Shown: positions 9,992 to 21,928, numbered from the stretch's first letter. The stretch: 64,000 nucleotides of DNA from a bacterium (GCA_018660415.1 JABJKG010000006.1:142448-206447), one strand, 5' to 3'. Notes: a model not told the origin generated them from the sequence alone. A program made the numbers and translations.

Positions 9992-10378
9992 TTACTGTGC
10001 CATTAAGTAAAGACCTGTAGCAGCAGCTGCTGTAACAGTCGATGCTGTTATGGCTGTACCTATTGGGTTGGTAAAAAACCAAGTAATAGTATCTTTTATG
10101 GCGGCACATGCATTCTGTACTGGTGTGGCAACCTGTCTAGCGGCATACATTGTAGCTGGATATAAAACTACACCAGTAGCAAGACCCGCAAGGTATTTAC
10201 CTGAAGTGGGTACAGCTGCAATATCCATCAAAGTATCACCAGCATTTGTTAAAATTTCCCCAGTAGTATCTACTAGGTTGGTGAATAACTCTTCACCTGG
10301 TAATGCGTTAGCTGTTTTAATTCCTAACATTGGAAGCATAAATGCAGCGAATGTTAGTGTTAATAGTTTCTTTTTCAT
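9992..10378 (-). CDS. Small secreted paralog (family A)
   Basis: The signal peptide is MKKKLLTLTFAAFMLPMLGIKTANA. The protein is collinear with the 9449..9823 protein, sharing SGKYLAGLATGVVLYP and WFFTNPIGTAITAS..AAAATGLYL. Confidence 0.6.
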   Translation of the reverse strand: MKKKLLTLTFAAFMLPMLGIKTANALPGEELFTNLVDTTGEILTNAGDTLMDIAAVPTSGKYLAGLATGVVLYPATMYAARQVATPVQNACAAIKDTITWFFTNPIGTAITASTVTAAAATGLYLMAQ

Positions 10379-10495
10379 AATAAACCTCCATTTATTAGTT
10401 TATTGATTTTACTGTAAATTAGGCTTTTTCAAGCCTGTTAATAGTATACTTAATAGGCGTTTTTCATCAAAAGGGCCCATTAAGACGTTGTTTTG
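10321..10495. repeat. Copy 1 of a ~175-nt duplicated block (signal-peptide codons plus 5' leader plus upstream hairpins)
   Basis: It aligns by eye with 10920-11100. Shared stretches are ggaagcataaatgcagcga.tgttagtgttaatagtttctttttcataataaacctccat, aggctttttcaagc.t.ttaatagtata and aaaagggcccatt..acgttg.tttgg. Confidence 0.7.
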
Positions 10496-10977
10496 GTAGT
10501 GCTTATTAGAGCATCCATGAATAGCAAGCCAAGGCCTACAGTACCATATTTAAGGATTTTCCACCCAATGCCGTAAGACCCGCTTCGAGCTTCTATTATA
10601 ATTTTTGCTAGGAGTAGGGTAGCACTTACACCGATACTAGCTCCAACAATTAGAGCATGGTTATTACCAGGTGTTGTTATGTTTTCTTCAAAAAGAGGCG
10701 TATCTTCGCCACCAAAAGAATTTGGTTGAGTTTCTTGAGAATAGCCTGGCACAACTGAAGCTATATCTGTAGAAGAACTAGCTTCTGCATTACCAAAAGT
10801 TGCTCTGCCAGGAACTACTGAAGCTCTATCTGGAGTACTAGGGCTTGCGTTGCTCCAGTCAGTGTTTGAAGTGTAACCAGTTTGCACCGGGGTGTAACGA
10901 GATGATTCTACTGTTTTAGTTCCTAATATTGGAAGCATAAATGCAGCGAGTGTTAGTGTTAATAGTTTCTTTTTCAT
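10480..10977 (-). CDS. Small secreted protein sharing the family A signal peptide, with a divergent Ser/Thr/Pro-rich body and C-terminal TM segments
   Basis: The N-terminus MKKKLLTLTLAAFMLPILGTK is nearly nucleotide-identical to that of 9992..10378. There is an internal duplicated ASVVPG motif. The C-terminal hydrophobic segments are ALIVGASIGVSATLLLAKIII and YGTVGLGLLFMDALI. Confidence 0.55.
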   Translation of the reverse strand: MKKKLLTLTLAAFMLPILGTKTVESSRYTPVQTGYTSNTDWSNASPSTPDRASVVPGRATFGNAEASSSTDIASVVPGYSQETQPNSFGGEDTPLFEENITTPGNNHALIVGASIGVSATLLLAKIIIEARSGSYGIGWKILKYGTVGLGLLFMDALISTTKTTS

Positions 10978-11100
10978 AATAAACCTCCATCTAGGTTATT
11001 GATTATTTACTTAAATAAGGCTTTTTCAAGCTTATTAATAGTATAAAATATGGGCCCTTTTTTATCAAAAGGGCCCATTGGTACGTTGCTTTGGAGGTTT
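10920..11100. repeat. Copy 2 of the ~175-nt duplicated block
   Basis: See 10321-10495. The period between the two copies is about 600 nt. Confidence 0.7.
11052..11076. terminator. Palindromic hairpin downstream of dnaJ
   Basis: A 10-bp stem, GGGCCCTTTT-ttatc-AAAAGGGCCC, lies 35 nt past the dnaJ stop. Confidence 0.5.
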
Positions 11101-11110
11101 TTAGGATATC

Positions 11111-12238
11111 TTAAAAGAACATTTTAAAGAAGCCTTTTTTCTCATCGGTGTCATTACCAATGATCTCGGCATATTTCTTTAAAGCGTCTTTAGCTTCCTT
11201 GGATGGCTTTTTAGGGATATGACAGTCAGTTATAACCACTAGATTTCCACTGCCACGGGTTCGAATACGTTCAAAGCCCTTACCAGGAACCACAATTTTG
11301 TTTCCTACCGGTGTTCCTTTAGATACTTTGATAATTTCTTTCTTTCCATCGATATTTTCGATTTCAAGCTGTCCACCAAGTACTAATTGGGGATAGGTTA
11401 AGGTAACCCGTGTTACCAAGTCATCTTCGACACGTTGGAACTTGTTATCCTGTTTAACGCTGATAGTGATGAGCAAAGAGCCTGCAGGACCACCAAATAG
11501 TCCAGCATCACCTTTGTCAGGGATTCTAAGGGTCGTACCGCTTGAAATACCCTTACGTATTTTAACGTTAAATTTATCAAATTTTTGTTTACGTGATTGT
11601 CCTGCGCAGGTTGCACATGGGTTGGAGATTATGTAGCCCTCTCCCTGGCATAAGTCACAGCTTCGGCTATACATGAAAAAGCCCTGTTGGAATTGCTGTT
11701 GTCCGCTACCATGGCACTGTTCGCAGGTATTTGCAGTAGAGCCTTTTTTCATACCCGACCCGGTACAGGTGTCACAGGAAAAGAGGTGATAGTAGCCAAC
11801 TTCCTTATTACAGCCTTCATATGACTCTTTGAGTGTTATGCTCAGTGAAATTTGGCGATCATGACCACGTTGTGGTGTGGGGCCTGTTGGACGGCTTTGT
11901 TGTCGGCCTCCGCCACCAAAACCACCGCCACCAAAGATGTTATCGAAAATATCACCAAAGTTAGCAAAGATGTCATCCATATTCATGTCACCTTGACCAC
12001 CAAATCCGCCTGCTCCATTAACGCCATCAGCACCAAATTGGTCATACTTCTTGCGCTTGTCTGGTTTAGACAGTACTTCATAAGCACTAGCAGCATCTTT
12101 GAACTTTGCTTCCGCCTCTTTATTATCCGGATTGCGGTCTGGATGGTACTTTAGGGCAAGCTTACGGTATGCTTTTTTGATATCGTCAGTAGAGGCATCA
12201 CGACTGACACCTAGGATTTCATAATAATCTTTAGCCAT
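11111..12238 (-). CDS. dnaJ: Molecular chaperone DnaJ
   Basis: It has the J domain [11 protein letters not shown]...KYHPDRN, a G/F-rich linker and four CxxCxGxG zinc-finger repeats. I placed the start at the conserved [11 protein letters not shown] Met (12238) rather than at the upstream non-ATG start at 12319 used by the tracked ORF. Confidence 0.93.
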   Translation of the reverse strand: MAKDYYEILGVSRDASTDDIKKAYRKLALKYHPDRNPDNKEAEAKFKDAASAYEVLSKPDKRKKYDQFGADGVNGAGGFGGQGDMNMDDIFANFGDIFDNIFGGGGFGGGGRQQSRPTGPTPQRGHDRQISLSITLKESYEGCNKEVGYYHLFSCDTCTGSGMKKGSTANTCEQCHGSGQQQFQQGFFMYSRSCDLCQGEGYIISNPCATCAGQSRKQKFDKFNVKIRKGISSGTTLRIPDKGDAGLFGGPAGSLLITISVKQDNKFQRVEDDLVTRVTLTYPQLVLGGQLEIENIDGKKEIIKVSKGTPVGNKIVVPGKGFERIRTRGSGNLVVITDCHIPKKPSKEAKDALKKYAEIIGNDTDEKKGFFKMFF

Positions 12239-12470
12239 AAATATTTTTACTATTTCTTTAATGTATTGTTGAAATTTTTTCTTGTTTAATAGTCTATCAA
12301 AACTGTCAGTTTTAAGCAAAGCGTGCTTTTCAAGCGGGTTAATACCATATTTGAAGGGATGTTTTTAGTAGAAAAATGAGGTCGTTGCATAGTGCTCACC
12401 ATTTGCAATTGTGGCAAAATGGCTTATTTTTATATTAAATGTATTTCAAGTTGAAAACCTGGAGGTTGGG

Positions 12471-13361
12471 ATGAAAAAATTATTTATTTATGTATTAGGC
12501 TTACTTGTAGTGTTTAGTGCTATGAGTATGGAAGAACCAGAATATAAGGGATTTAAGGATTATGCAGAATATAATCATTTTCTATTGGGGGTAAAAGCTG
12601 CTTGCGAAGATGTAGGTATTCCTGTGGACAAGTGCATCTATATTAGGGGTTTTAAGGGAGGTCCTGGTATTATAATGGCCGTTTTTCTAGGTAGGGTTTA
12701 TATAAATAGGCACTATATTCCTGATCCCAAGAGTTCGCCTGAAGAATGGCTGAAAGCGTATGCTATTTCTCAAGCTACTTTACATCATGAGGTTGTTCAT
12801 ATTGGGCAACAGGTCCCTGGAGTAGCTCTTCTTGATACAATTAAGTCATTGTGTAGTTTTGGAGCTGCATCTGTCATGGGTTTAGTTGCGACTATTTGTG
12901 GTGTGGACGGAGCACTCAAATCAAGAGAAGATAAGTCTGCTTTTCAACAAGCAAAAGCATTGTTAGGTATAACTATTGGGGGGTGGTGTGCTACTAGGAT
13001 GGTCCGGTCAGCTATTACAATTCGCAATAATATGCCCGATACGCTTAAGTTTTTTAAGGATTTTAATAATTTAGATCCTCAACTAAATGAAAGAGAGGCT
13101 GATATACAAGGTTATAATGCTCTCAAGTGCTCAAGTTGCATAGACGCTGTGGCATGGGATAGTCGTTCGAGTTCAAATATGGGTTATCTTACGAAATCTG
13201 AAGTAACTGCAATTGCTGATGAACATAGAAAAAACAACCATATGTGTAATATTCATCGAGCATTTAGATTAAAAGAGTCTTTATCTTTTGAATGTGTCCA
13301 AAGAATAGTTTCACCTTTTAATAAATCTACTTCTACTATGGATAAGGTTTATCAGGTTTAG
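12471..13361 (+). CDS. Hypothetical secreted protein with an HExxH motif
   Basis: I placed the start at MKKLFIYVLGLLVVFSAMS, which is preceded by GGAGG. The protein contains ATLHHEVVHIGQ (HExxH) and a Cys/His-rich C-terminus (CSSCIDAV, HMCNIH). Confidence 0.5.
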   Translation: MKKLFIYVLGLLVVFSAMSMEEPEYKGFKDYAEYNHFLLGVKAACEDVGIPVDKCIYIRGFKGGPGIIMAVFLGRVYINRHYIPDPKSSPEEWLKAYAISQATLHHEVVHIGQQVPGVALLDTIKSLCSFGAASVMGLVATICGVDGALKSREDKSAFQQAKALLGITIGGWCATRMVRSAITIRNNMPDTLKFFKDFNNLDPQLNEREADIQGYNALKCSSCIDAVAWDSRSSSNMGYLTKSEVTAIADEHRKNNHMCNIHRAFRLKESLSFECVQRIVSPFNKSTSTMDKVYQV

Positions 13362-14278
13362 ACCATCAATTGTAAGAGGTTTTCAAATCGTGTACAGATC
13401 GCTTTAGAATCTTTTATATCGCCTTCACGGGCAGGCATAAAGTTTATAGGGATCTCATAGCCAGGAAATTCTTTTTTGAGGTGTTCATACAGCTCTATGA
13501 GTGTGATACTTTTATTTGATGCGATATTAACAGGTTGGCCCATTAAGTGTTGCTTTGGCAGTGTTGCCAATAAGAGATTAGCACGTACTACTTCACTAAC
13601 GGTTATAAAGTCTCGTGTTTGTTTTCCATCACCAAAGATTGTTACAGCTTTATTGTTCAGCATTTGGTCTTTAAACTTGGCTATAACGCCTGCATACGGA
13701 CCGACAGCGCTTTGGCGTGGGCCGTAAACATTAAAATAGCGTAAACATATGGTAGCTACATTAAAATAGGCTGCATAGCTTTTACAGAGTTCTTCCCCAA
13801 TCAGCTTAGAAGTACCATAAAGTGATATTGGATTGCTTTGCATTTCTTCAAAACAGGCTTCTTCTTGTGGACCGTATACGGCTGATGAAGAAGAAAAGAC
13901 TAATTTTTTTACATTGTTATTACGTGCAGCTTCTAAGATATTAAAAAGGCTTGTAACGTTATTATCAAAACAGCTGTCAGGGTTGTCCATTGATAATGGA
14001 ACACTTGTGAGCGCAGCACAATGGAAGATGATTTCTTGTTGTGACGTGGCCTTATGGCATACTTCCTTATCAATCAGGTTGCCTTCAATAAAGGTTATAT
14101 TATTGATTATACTTTCAAGGTTGGTAAGGTCGCCCGTAGACAAATCATCAACGATAGTGACTTTCGCGTTAAAGTTAACCAGCATTTCGCTCAGGTGTGA
14201 CCCAATAAATCCGGCGCCGCCAGTAATAAGAATATTTTTGTTTTCAAAATATTCTTTTATTCTTTGATCAATCAGCAT
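13358..14278 (-). CDS. NAD-dependent sugar-nucleotide epimerase/dehydratase (extended SDR, GalE/WbpP-like)
   Basis: It has ILITGGAGFIGSHL (GxxGxxG), the catalytic YGTSK (YxxxK) and FNVYGPRQ. Confidence 0.85.
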   Translation of the reverse strand: MLIDQRIKEYFENKNILITGGAGFIGSHLSEMLVNFNAKVTIVDDLSTGDLTNLESIINNITFIEGNLIDKEVCHKATSQQEIIFHCAALTSVPLSMDNPDSCFDNNVTSLFNILEAARNNNVKKLVFSSSSAVYGPQEEACFEEMQSNPISLYGTSKLIGEELCKSYAAYFNVATICLRYFNVYGPRQSAVGPYAGVIAKFKDQMLNNKAVTIFGDGKQTRDFITVSEVVRANLLLATLPKQHLMGQPVNIASNKSITLIELYEHLKKEFPGYEIPINFMPAREGDIKDSKAICTRFENLLQLMV

Positions 14279-14287
14279 AAATGTCCT

Positions 14288-15634
14288 TTATTTGAAAAGA
14301 TTTTCTTGTTCGAACTGCTGTGAAGGCATAACTTGTTGTTCTGAAAGTATTTGTTGTGCTACTTTTTGGCCATCTAGTATTGATTCTTGCATGCTGGAAT
14401 ACTTCCATCCACCATATCGTCCAATGGAGTAGATTGCGTGTTGTTCTAATTGGTTGAGTAATTGCGGGAGATTTTTTTCACGCCAAAAGGTATATAATAC
14501 GTAGGCTCTAGGAATAGTGATGATTTTCTGTGTGATAATTTCATTATCATTTAAATTTAATATTTTCTTTGTTTTATCAAGAGCGTTGGCAAGTAATGCT
14601 TGTGTGTCTGTTTGTCCTACAAATGCGCATTCGCCATAGAGTGAACTGCATCCTGCAGGCGCCATGGATTTTGCAAAGTTATGTGGGAATCCCAAACGAT
14701 AAAACGGGTATTCGCCTTCAGGGAAATATATCCAATGCTTGGTTGTTAAATCAGCGCGGTTGATGCCGAGGTTGAAATTAAATACAGAGTTGCATACTAG
14801 GTTCTTATGTTGAGGGTTCAAGTTCGTTGCAGAGCTATCAACGGTTTTTTTCAAGAAGTTATCAAGAGGGATGGTGTTGATAAGGTGATCATATGTTTCA
14901 AAATCACCGTTAGTAAAAGTAACCACCTTGTTTTGTAGGTCTATAGACTCCATTTCAAATCCGGTTTGGATTTGGTTTTTAATTTTTGCTACCAATGAAG
15001 AGATGATATAAGAGATGCCGCCTTTTTGTGGATAAAAGAATGTTGAGTTGTAGCCAACTTTTTCGTCTTCTTTTTGGCCACCAAGAGCACCATCGATCAT
15101 TTGAGTAAGTGATGTCTTTGGTACAAAGCGGCCTGTCCAGGACGGAGTGATTTTTTTAATATCGTATGCGAGTATTTTGCTTTGAAATGGAGTAAAAAAG
15201 TGCTTTGCTAGCCCAGCTCCAAAATGTTTCATTACCCAGGCATGAAATGATTTTGGGTCTTTATTTGATTGAGGTCTATTTACAAACCCTTCAATACATT
15301 CACTAATAACCTTGCTTGGTAAGCCGTATAGGTTGATCTGGAAAGGATACTTGATAAAAGTATCATGTGATTGAATAAATGATCGTCTTACTATGGTATT
15401 AAAATTCTTTTTACCTAGGTTGTCATTAGAAAATGATTCCATGTAAGGATCATTTATATGTAATAGGTGGCCCGTGTAATCGAAGGTAAACCCGTCTTGT
15501 TGTACAGATCGGCATAAACCGCCGGGAGCGTCTTCTTTGTCATATATTTTATAGTCGAAAAAACCATTTTGTTCTAAATGATATGCGGCAGAAAGCCCAG
15601 TGAGTCCTGCGCCAAGAATAATGATTTTAGCCAT
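14288..15634 (-). CDS. FAD-dependent oxidoreductase, UDP-galactopyranose mutase-like (eukaryote-type GLF pattern)
   Basis: The N-terminus has the dinucleotide fold IIILGAGLTGLSAAYHL..D...PGGL. The motifs YPFQINLYGLP, HWIYFPEGEYPFYRLGFPHNF and GRYGGWKYSSMQESILDG resemble, from memory, the YPFQNN, WLYFPE..CPFYR and GRFGSWRYE motifs of fungal and trypanosomatid UGMs. Confidence 0.5.
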   Translation of the reverse strand: MAKIIILGAGLTGLSAAYHLEQNGFFDYKIYDKEDAPGGLCRSVQQDGFTFDYTGHLLHINDPYMESFSNDNLGKKNFNTIVRRSFIQSHDTFIKYPFQINLYGLPSKVISECIEGFVNRPQSNKDPKSFHAWVMKHFGAGLAKHFFTPFQSKILAYDIKKITPSWTGRFVPKTSLTQMIDGALGGQKEDEKVGYNSTFFYPQKGGISYIISSLVAKIKNQIQTGFEMESIDLQNKVVTFTNGDFETYDHLINTIPLDNFLKKTVDSSATNLNPQHKNLVCNSVFNFNLGINRADLTTKHWIYFPEGEYPFYRLGFPHNFAKSMAPAGCSSLYGECAFVGQTDTQALLANALDKTKKILNLNDNEIITQKIITIPRAYVLYTFWREKNLPQLLNQLEQHAIYSIGRYGGWKYSSMQESILDGQKVAQQILSEQQVMPSQQFEQENLFK

Positions 15635-15708
15635 AGTGGCACTACTGTCCTTTTAGTAAGTTGTTATTCAGTCTTAGTGTTAAATAAATCTGAGAAAAAG
15701 TCTAGACA

Positions 15709-16635
15709 CTAGGTATAATTGAAGCTGGATGGTACCGCATTCATGTCAGACATATGTCCGGGTGTTAATCCGAATGCCCACGGGTGGGCCAGTGTGTTTA
15801 TATTTAAAGAGGGCGGTATTGCAGGAAGAGGAAGCGCTGATTTTAAAATTTCTTCAGACATAGTGTCATGTGCTGGGCTTCCTGAAGACTGTGCTAAGCG
15901 TTGTAGGATGATATTTCCATTCTTATCCCACTCCAAATCAAATACTGTTTGTGGTAAGCGTTTTTCCGTGAGCATCTTACGCTCGGGGCCAGATAGACGG
16001 TTGATAAAAATATTGAGAGCGGTCTGCATATGTTTTTTGAGCGTTTTAAAGTACGATGCGTACTTCATCATTGCAAGGTCGCCATTGATATTTCCGTTAG
16101 TTATCCCTACAGTTTGGCGGTCTTGTTGTTTTTGATGATCAAGAAAGCCGGTTGCAATATCGGCCAGTGATGGGGTGTTTGGGTGTAGTTCTTGTTTGGG
16201 TTCATAATAACGCTTGCGCTTGGTCTTTTGAGGTGGTTTTTTTGGTGCTTGAGCGACGGCTTGTTTAGTTTCTTTGGTGGTTTCTTTTTTGATAATATTT
16301 TTCTTTTCTGTTTCAGCCTCTTTGATTTTAGGATCAGGGTCTTGAGCCTCTTGTTGTTTAGGAGGAGTCTTTGGTGGTTGTTTTTGTTTAACTGCAGGCT
16401 GTGGGGTATTAGCGGTCCCTTTGGGGGCGTTCATTTGTTTATGTTTATATATTTTCATAACCCGGGGTGGTTGAGTAGTGCCAGGAGGAGGCTTTTGCGG
16501 TTGTTGGTTCCACTGGTGTGATAGCTCAGAGAAGTATATAATAGTGAATAATAAGATGAGGTTGAGTAAGAAAGCAACTACAAACCACACCCATAGTTGG
16601 GTATATAGTTTTTTTGAATTGTCTTTGTCGTTCAT
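15709..16635 (-). CDS. TonB/TolA-like energy-transducer protein (N-terminal anchor, Pro/Lys-rich spacer, TonB-C-like domain)
   Basis: It has an N-terminal TM segment (LWVWFVVAFLLNLILLFTIIYF) and a spacer rich in P, K and Q (QPQKPPPGTTQPP...KQKQPPKTPPKQQ). The C-terminal segment LEWDKNGNIILQRLAQSSGSPAHDTMSEEILKSALPLPAIPP resembles a TonB C-terminal domain. Confidence 0.5.
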   Translation of the reverse strand: MNDKDNSKKLYTQLWVWFVVAFLLNLILLFTIIYFSELSHQWNQQPQKPPPGTTQPPRVMKIYKHKQMNAPKGTANTPQPAVKQKQPPKTPPKQQEAQDPDPKIKEAETEKKNIIKKETTKETKQAVAQAPKKPPQKTKRKRYYEPKQELHPNTPSLADIATGFLDHQKQQDRQTVGITNGNINGDLAMMKYASYFKTLKKHMQTALNIFINRLSGPERKMLTEKRLPQTVFDLEWDKNGNIILQRLAQSSGSPAHDTMSEEILKSALPLPAIPPSLNINTLAHPWAFGLTPGHMSDMNAVPSSFNYT

Positions 16636-16701
16636 GAATGACTCGATTGGTTGTAGCGTACGTTAATTAATTTTCACCTATAAGGTACTATACTAAAATT
16701 T

Positions 16702-17259
16702 ATGATAATTCTTCAAAGAAATTTTTATGAACGTTCTTCACCGGTTGTAGCACGCGATCTTTTGGGTAAGATTTTAGTACGGGTTATTGATGGTCAGGTG
16801 GTGAGTGGTATTATTACAGAGACGGAAGCGTATGGTGCTGACAATGACCGTGCTAGTCATGCGTATAGAGGCAAAACTAACCGCAATGCTCCCATGTTTG
16901 AAATGGTGGGGCATAGCTATGTCTATATGTCATACGGTCTTCACTTTTGCATTAATATTGTCGCACATACTGTGACAGAAAAGGCTGGTGCGGTTTTAAT
17001 TCGTGCACTTAAGCCACTCGATGGTATAGATTTTATGCGTTTTAAAAGAAATTTTATCAAGGACAAGCTTTTGACTGATGGACCTGGTAAGTTATCTCAA
17101 GCCTTATCGATAGACCTTGGTTTAAATAAGCATGATGTTACGGAAGAGGGCAAGCTGTATATTTTGGATGGACAAAGTGAGAGTAAGATTGTTGCTACGC
17201 CTAGGATTGGTATTTCTCAGGAACAAGATCTGGCTTGGCGTTTTGTTATAACTGTTTAA
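16702..17259 (+). CDS. DNA-3-methyladenine glycosylase (Mpg/AAG family)
   Basis: It has VARDLLGKIL, ITETEAYGADNDRASHAYRGKTNRNAPMF and GHSYVYMSYGLHFCINIV, which are typical of this family. Confidence 0.85.
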   Translation: MIILQRNFYERSSPVVARDLLGKILVRVIDGQVVSGIITETEAYGADNDRASHAYRGKTNRNAPMFEMVGHSYVYMSYGLHFCINIVAHTVTEKAGAVLIRALKPLDGIDFMRFKRNFIKDKLLTDGPGKLSQALSIDLGLNKHDVTEEGKLYILDGQSESKIVATPRIGISQEQDLAWRFVITV

Positions 17260-18193
17260 TACTGGCTTTATGCTGTTTTTTTTCAATGCCCCATGTTGTA
17301 TGCACTTGATGAAGGCCACCGCGTTCATGGTTTAAAAATCGCATTACTTCCTGGACGAGTTTATTTGATACAGTTGCTTGCACCTTGTTTTTGTAAAGCC
17401 AGTCAACAATAATTCTTTTTTGTAAGAATGAGGGTTGCTTGCTGAGCTTGTGAATATCTAGGCTAAGGTCGTGGTCGACAACGGCATTAAAGCCATCCTG
17501 AGTCACGTCTAGCATAAATTGTTCGGTTTCTTGAAGGTTCTCAAGGGTCCGTGCAAAATTGGCATCAAATCTACTATCACTATCCTTGAGTGCCGGGATG
17601 ACTGTGTTTCTGATGCGATTACGTAAAAAATCAGGGCTAGCATTAGTAGGATCAGTTAAGTATTCAACGTTTTTGTCATCTAGCCACCTTACAATCTCTT
17701 GCTTAGAGAGTTTGAGAAGTGGTCGCCAGTACAGACCATTCTGTTTTTTGATGCCAGTAAGCCCAGCGAGGGTGGCCCCACGGATAATCCTGATGAGAAA
17801 CGTTTCGGTTTGATCATCAGCATGATGAGCGAGTGCGATGTACTGTGCATTGTGCTTTTGTGCAACCTTTTCAAAAAAATGACGTCGTAACTGTCTGCCC
17901 AAATCTTCCTGTGATCCAGATGCAGGTCGATTGAGCGTGATATTTGAGGCCTGTCCTTCAATGAGAGGGATATTGAGATCTTTACACATCTTTTTGCAAA
18001 ACTGAGCGTCCTGGGCCGACTCTGTGCGCCACTGATGATCTAAGTGAGCTGCTATGATGGTTAATTGCTGTGCATGTTGAGTTGCCGCTAATAGCTGTAG
18101 CAAGAATACAGAGTCTGGACCTCCCGAAAGGCCTACAATAACAACACTCCCTGAGGGAATGGTGAGGAGATCTGTGTATTTCTTATCAAACAT
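17246..18193 (-). CDS. tilS: tRNA(Ile)-lysidine synthase
   Basis: It has the PP-loop VGLSGGPDSVFLL, followed by AHLDHQWR and LAHHADDQTETFLIRIIRG. Confidence 0.9.
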   Translation of the reverse strand: MFDKKYTDLLTIPSGSVVIVGLSGGPDSVFLLQLLAATQHAQQLTIIAAHLDHQWRTESAQDAQFCKKMCKDLNIPLIEGQASNITLNRPASGSQEDLGRQLRRHFFEKVAQKHNAQYIALAHHADDQTETFLIRIIRGATLAGLTGIKKQNGLYWRPLLKLSKQEIVRWLDDKNVEYLTDPTNASPDFLRNRIRNTVIPALKDSDSRFDANFARTLENLQETEQFMLDVTQDGFNAVVDHDLSLDIHKLSKQPSFLQKRIIVDWLYKNKVQATVSNKLVQEVMRFLNHERGGLHQVHTTWGIEKKQHKASIKQL

Positions 18194-18366
18194 AAAATTT
18201 TCCAGCTTTTTATTTTAATTTATCAGCGATCATCTATTTCGTCCACTGTTGCCTATATTGCAACGAGATTTTGTGTCAATTTCCTAATCTATTGCATTAG
18301 GTTAAGCGTGTTTGGTATGTTTTATATTAGAAATTAAGTTATAGGTGGGAGATGGAGGTTGTACAG

Positions 18367-18765
18367 ATGAATAAGTTGTTGATGTTTTTTGTGGCTGTGT
18401 GCGCAGTGAGTGGTTCATTTGCTAAGCATTTTGTTCCGCAAGAGGATTTATCGATTGTGAATATGACGAATGGTCCGGTTCGGCTGAGTGTGTTTCAAGC
18501 TAAGCATGGAGCGACCCATTTGAGTTATTTTCCGGTAGCGCAATCGAGTGAAGTGGTCAGGCATCATGAACAGTTTGTATATCCAACTGATCAAGCTCAG
18601 AGCTTGTTTGTAACAGCTGAGTTTGATGGGCCCAACCATAGAGATCATGCACCGTTTCTCTTTCCACTGCCAGCAGGAAGCTATGGCCTGGTGATGAAAG
18701 CAAGAAGTTTGATGATTGAGCTGCTAGTAATAGGTAAAGAAACAGGCTCATTGAAAAAGTTATAA
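18367..18765 (+). CDS. Hypothetical secreted protein
   Basis: It has the signal peptide MNKLLMFFVAVCAVSGSFA. I recognise no motif. Confidence 0.45.
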   Translation: MNKLLMFFVAVCAVSGSFAKHFVPQEDLSIVNMTNGPVRLSVFQAKHGATHLSYFPVAQSSEVVRHHEQFVYPTDQAQSLFVTAEFDGPNHRDHAPFLFPLPAGSYGLVMKARSLMIELLVIGKETGSLKKL

Positions 18766-18807
18766 AAGTGAATGTGGTTATTTGTTAATTAAAAAAGGAG
18801 AAAGACA

Positions 18808-19080
18808 ATGGCAAACGAAGGAAAATACTGGTCTGAAGACGTAGAGACTAAGTGGCATCCCAAAGAAGGTTTTTTTGATGGGTCTGCTGAAAGTATCGCA
18901 CAAGGCTTGAAAGAGGCTTCAGATAGTCATGCTCAAGCAATGGATCGTCTTAATTTTTATATTAACCGTGCTGGATCAAACCTTCAAGGTGAAGATAGAG
19001 CTCGTTTAGAAGAAGCTAAAACCATTCTTGAATCACTCTATGGTGATTGTTCAGATGGTGATGATTCTTGTTGTAATTAA
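18808..19080 (+). CDS. Small conserved protein, DUF3175-like
   Basis: The 90-aa protein is preceded by AAGGAG. The segment SAESIAQGLKEASD..AMDRLNFYINRAGSNL resembles DUF3175 proteins as I remember them. Confidence 0.45.
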   Translation: MANEGKYWSEDVETKWHPKEGFFDGSAESIAQGLKEASDSHAQAMDRLNFYINRAGSNLQGEDRARLEEAKTILESLYGDCSDGDDSCCN

Positions 19081-19385
19081 TATTGCAACATACATAAATA
19101 GATAAAAGCTCTGATTAATTTCGGGGCTTTTTCTTTTGTGTTTAATCTTGAGGTGAAGCGGGGCGAGTTAACCTATATTTTTTTATAAAAACTACAAGTT
19201 TTAACTTGCATCCGATAACACGTTGAGCCTCTAGTTGAGTGCCTTTGTAGTCTCCTGGGCCTCGTATAAAACCTTTGTAATGTGTTTTTAATCATGAATA
19301 ATCTTATAAAGATGATGTTGTATGTTAGCTTAGTGAAAAGAGCCCCAACATAAATGCTGAGGCTCTAGTAGAGATATATTAGGTG

Positions 19386-21854
<2,469 letters not shown>

Positions 21855-21928
21855 TTATATACGATACTATTGTTCAACTTTGTGTTATTATTAGTTTAGA
21901 AAATTATACAATTTTTACTAGTTTTTAT

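Noticed and set aside
10050-10406. 118-aa plus-strand ORF
   Set aside because: It is antisense to the family A paralog 9992..10378. Its Ala/Val/Gly-rich translation mirrors that gene's codons, and it has no independent start signals.
12239-12319. 27-codon N-terminal extension of DnaJ in the tracked ORF
   Set aside because: The J domain universally begins near [11 protein letters not shown]. The extension starts at a non-ATG codon and has no counterpart in DnaJ proteins.
16192-16666. Plus-strand ORFs 16192..16521 and 16478..16666
   Set aside because: They are antisense to the Pro/Lys-rich spacer of the TonB-like gene. Their translations are low-complexity and Phe/Leu/Gly-rich.
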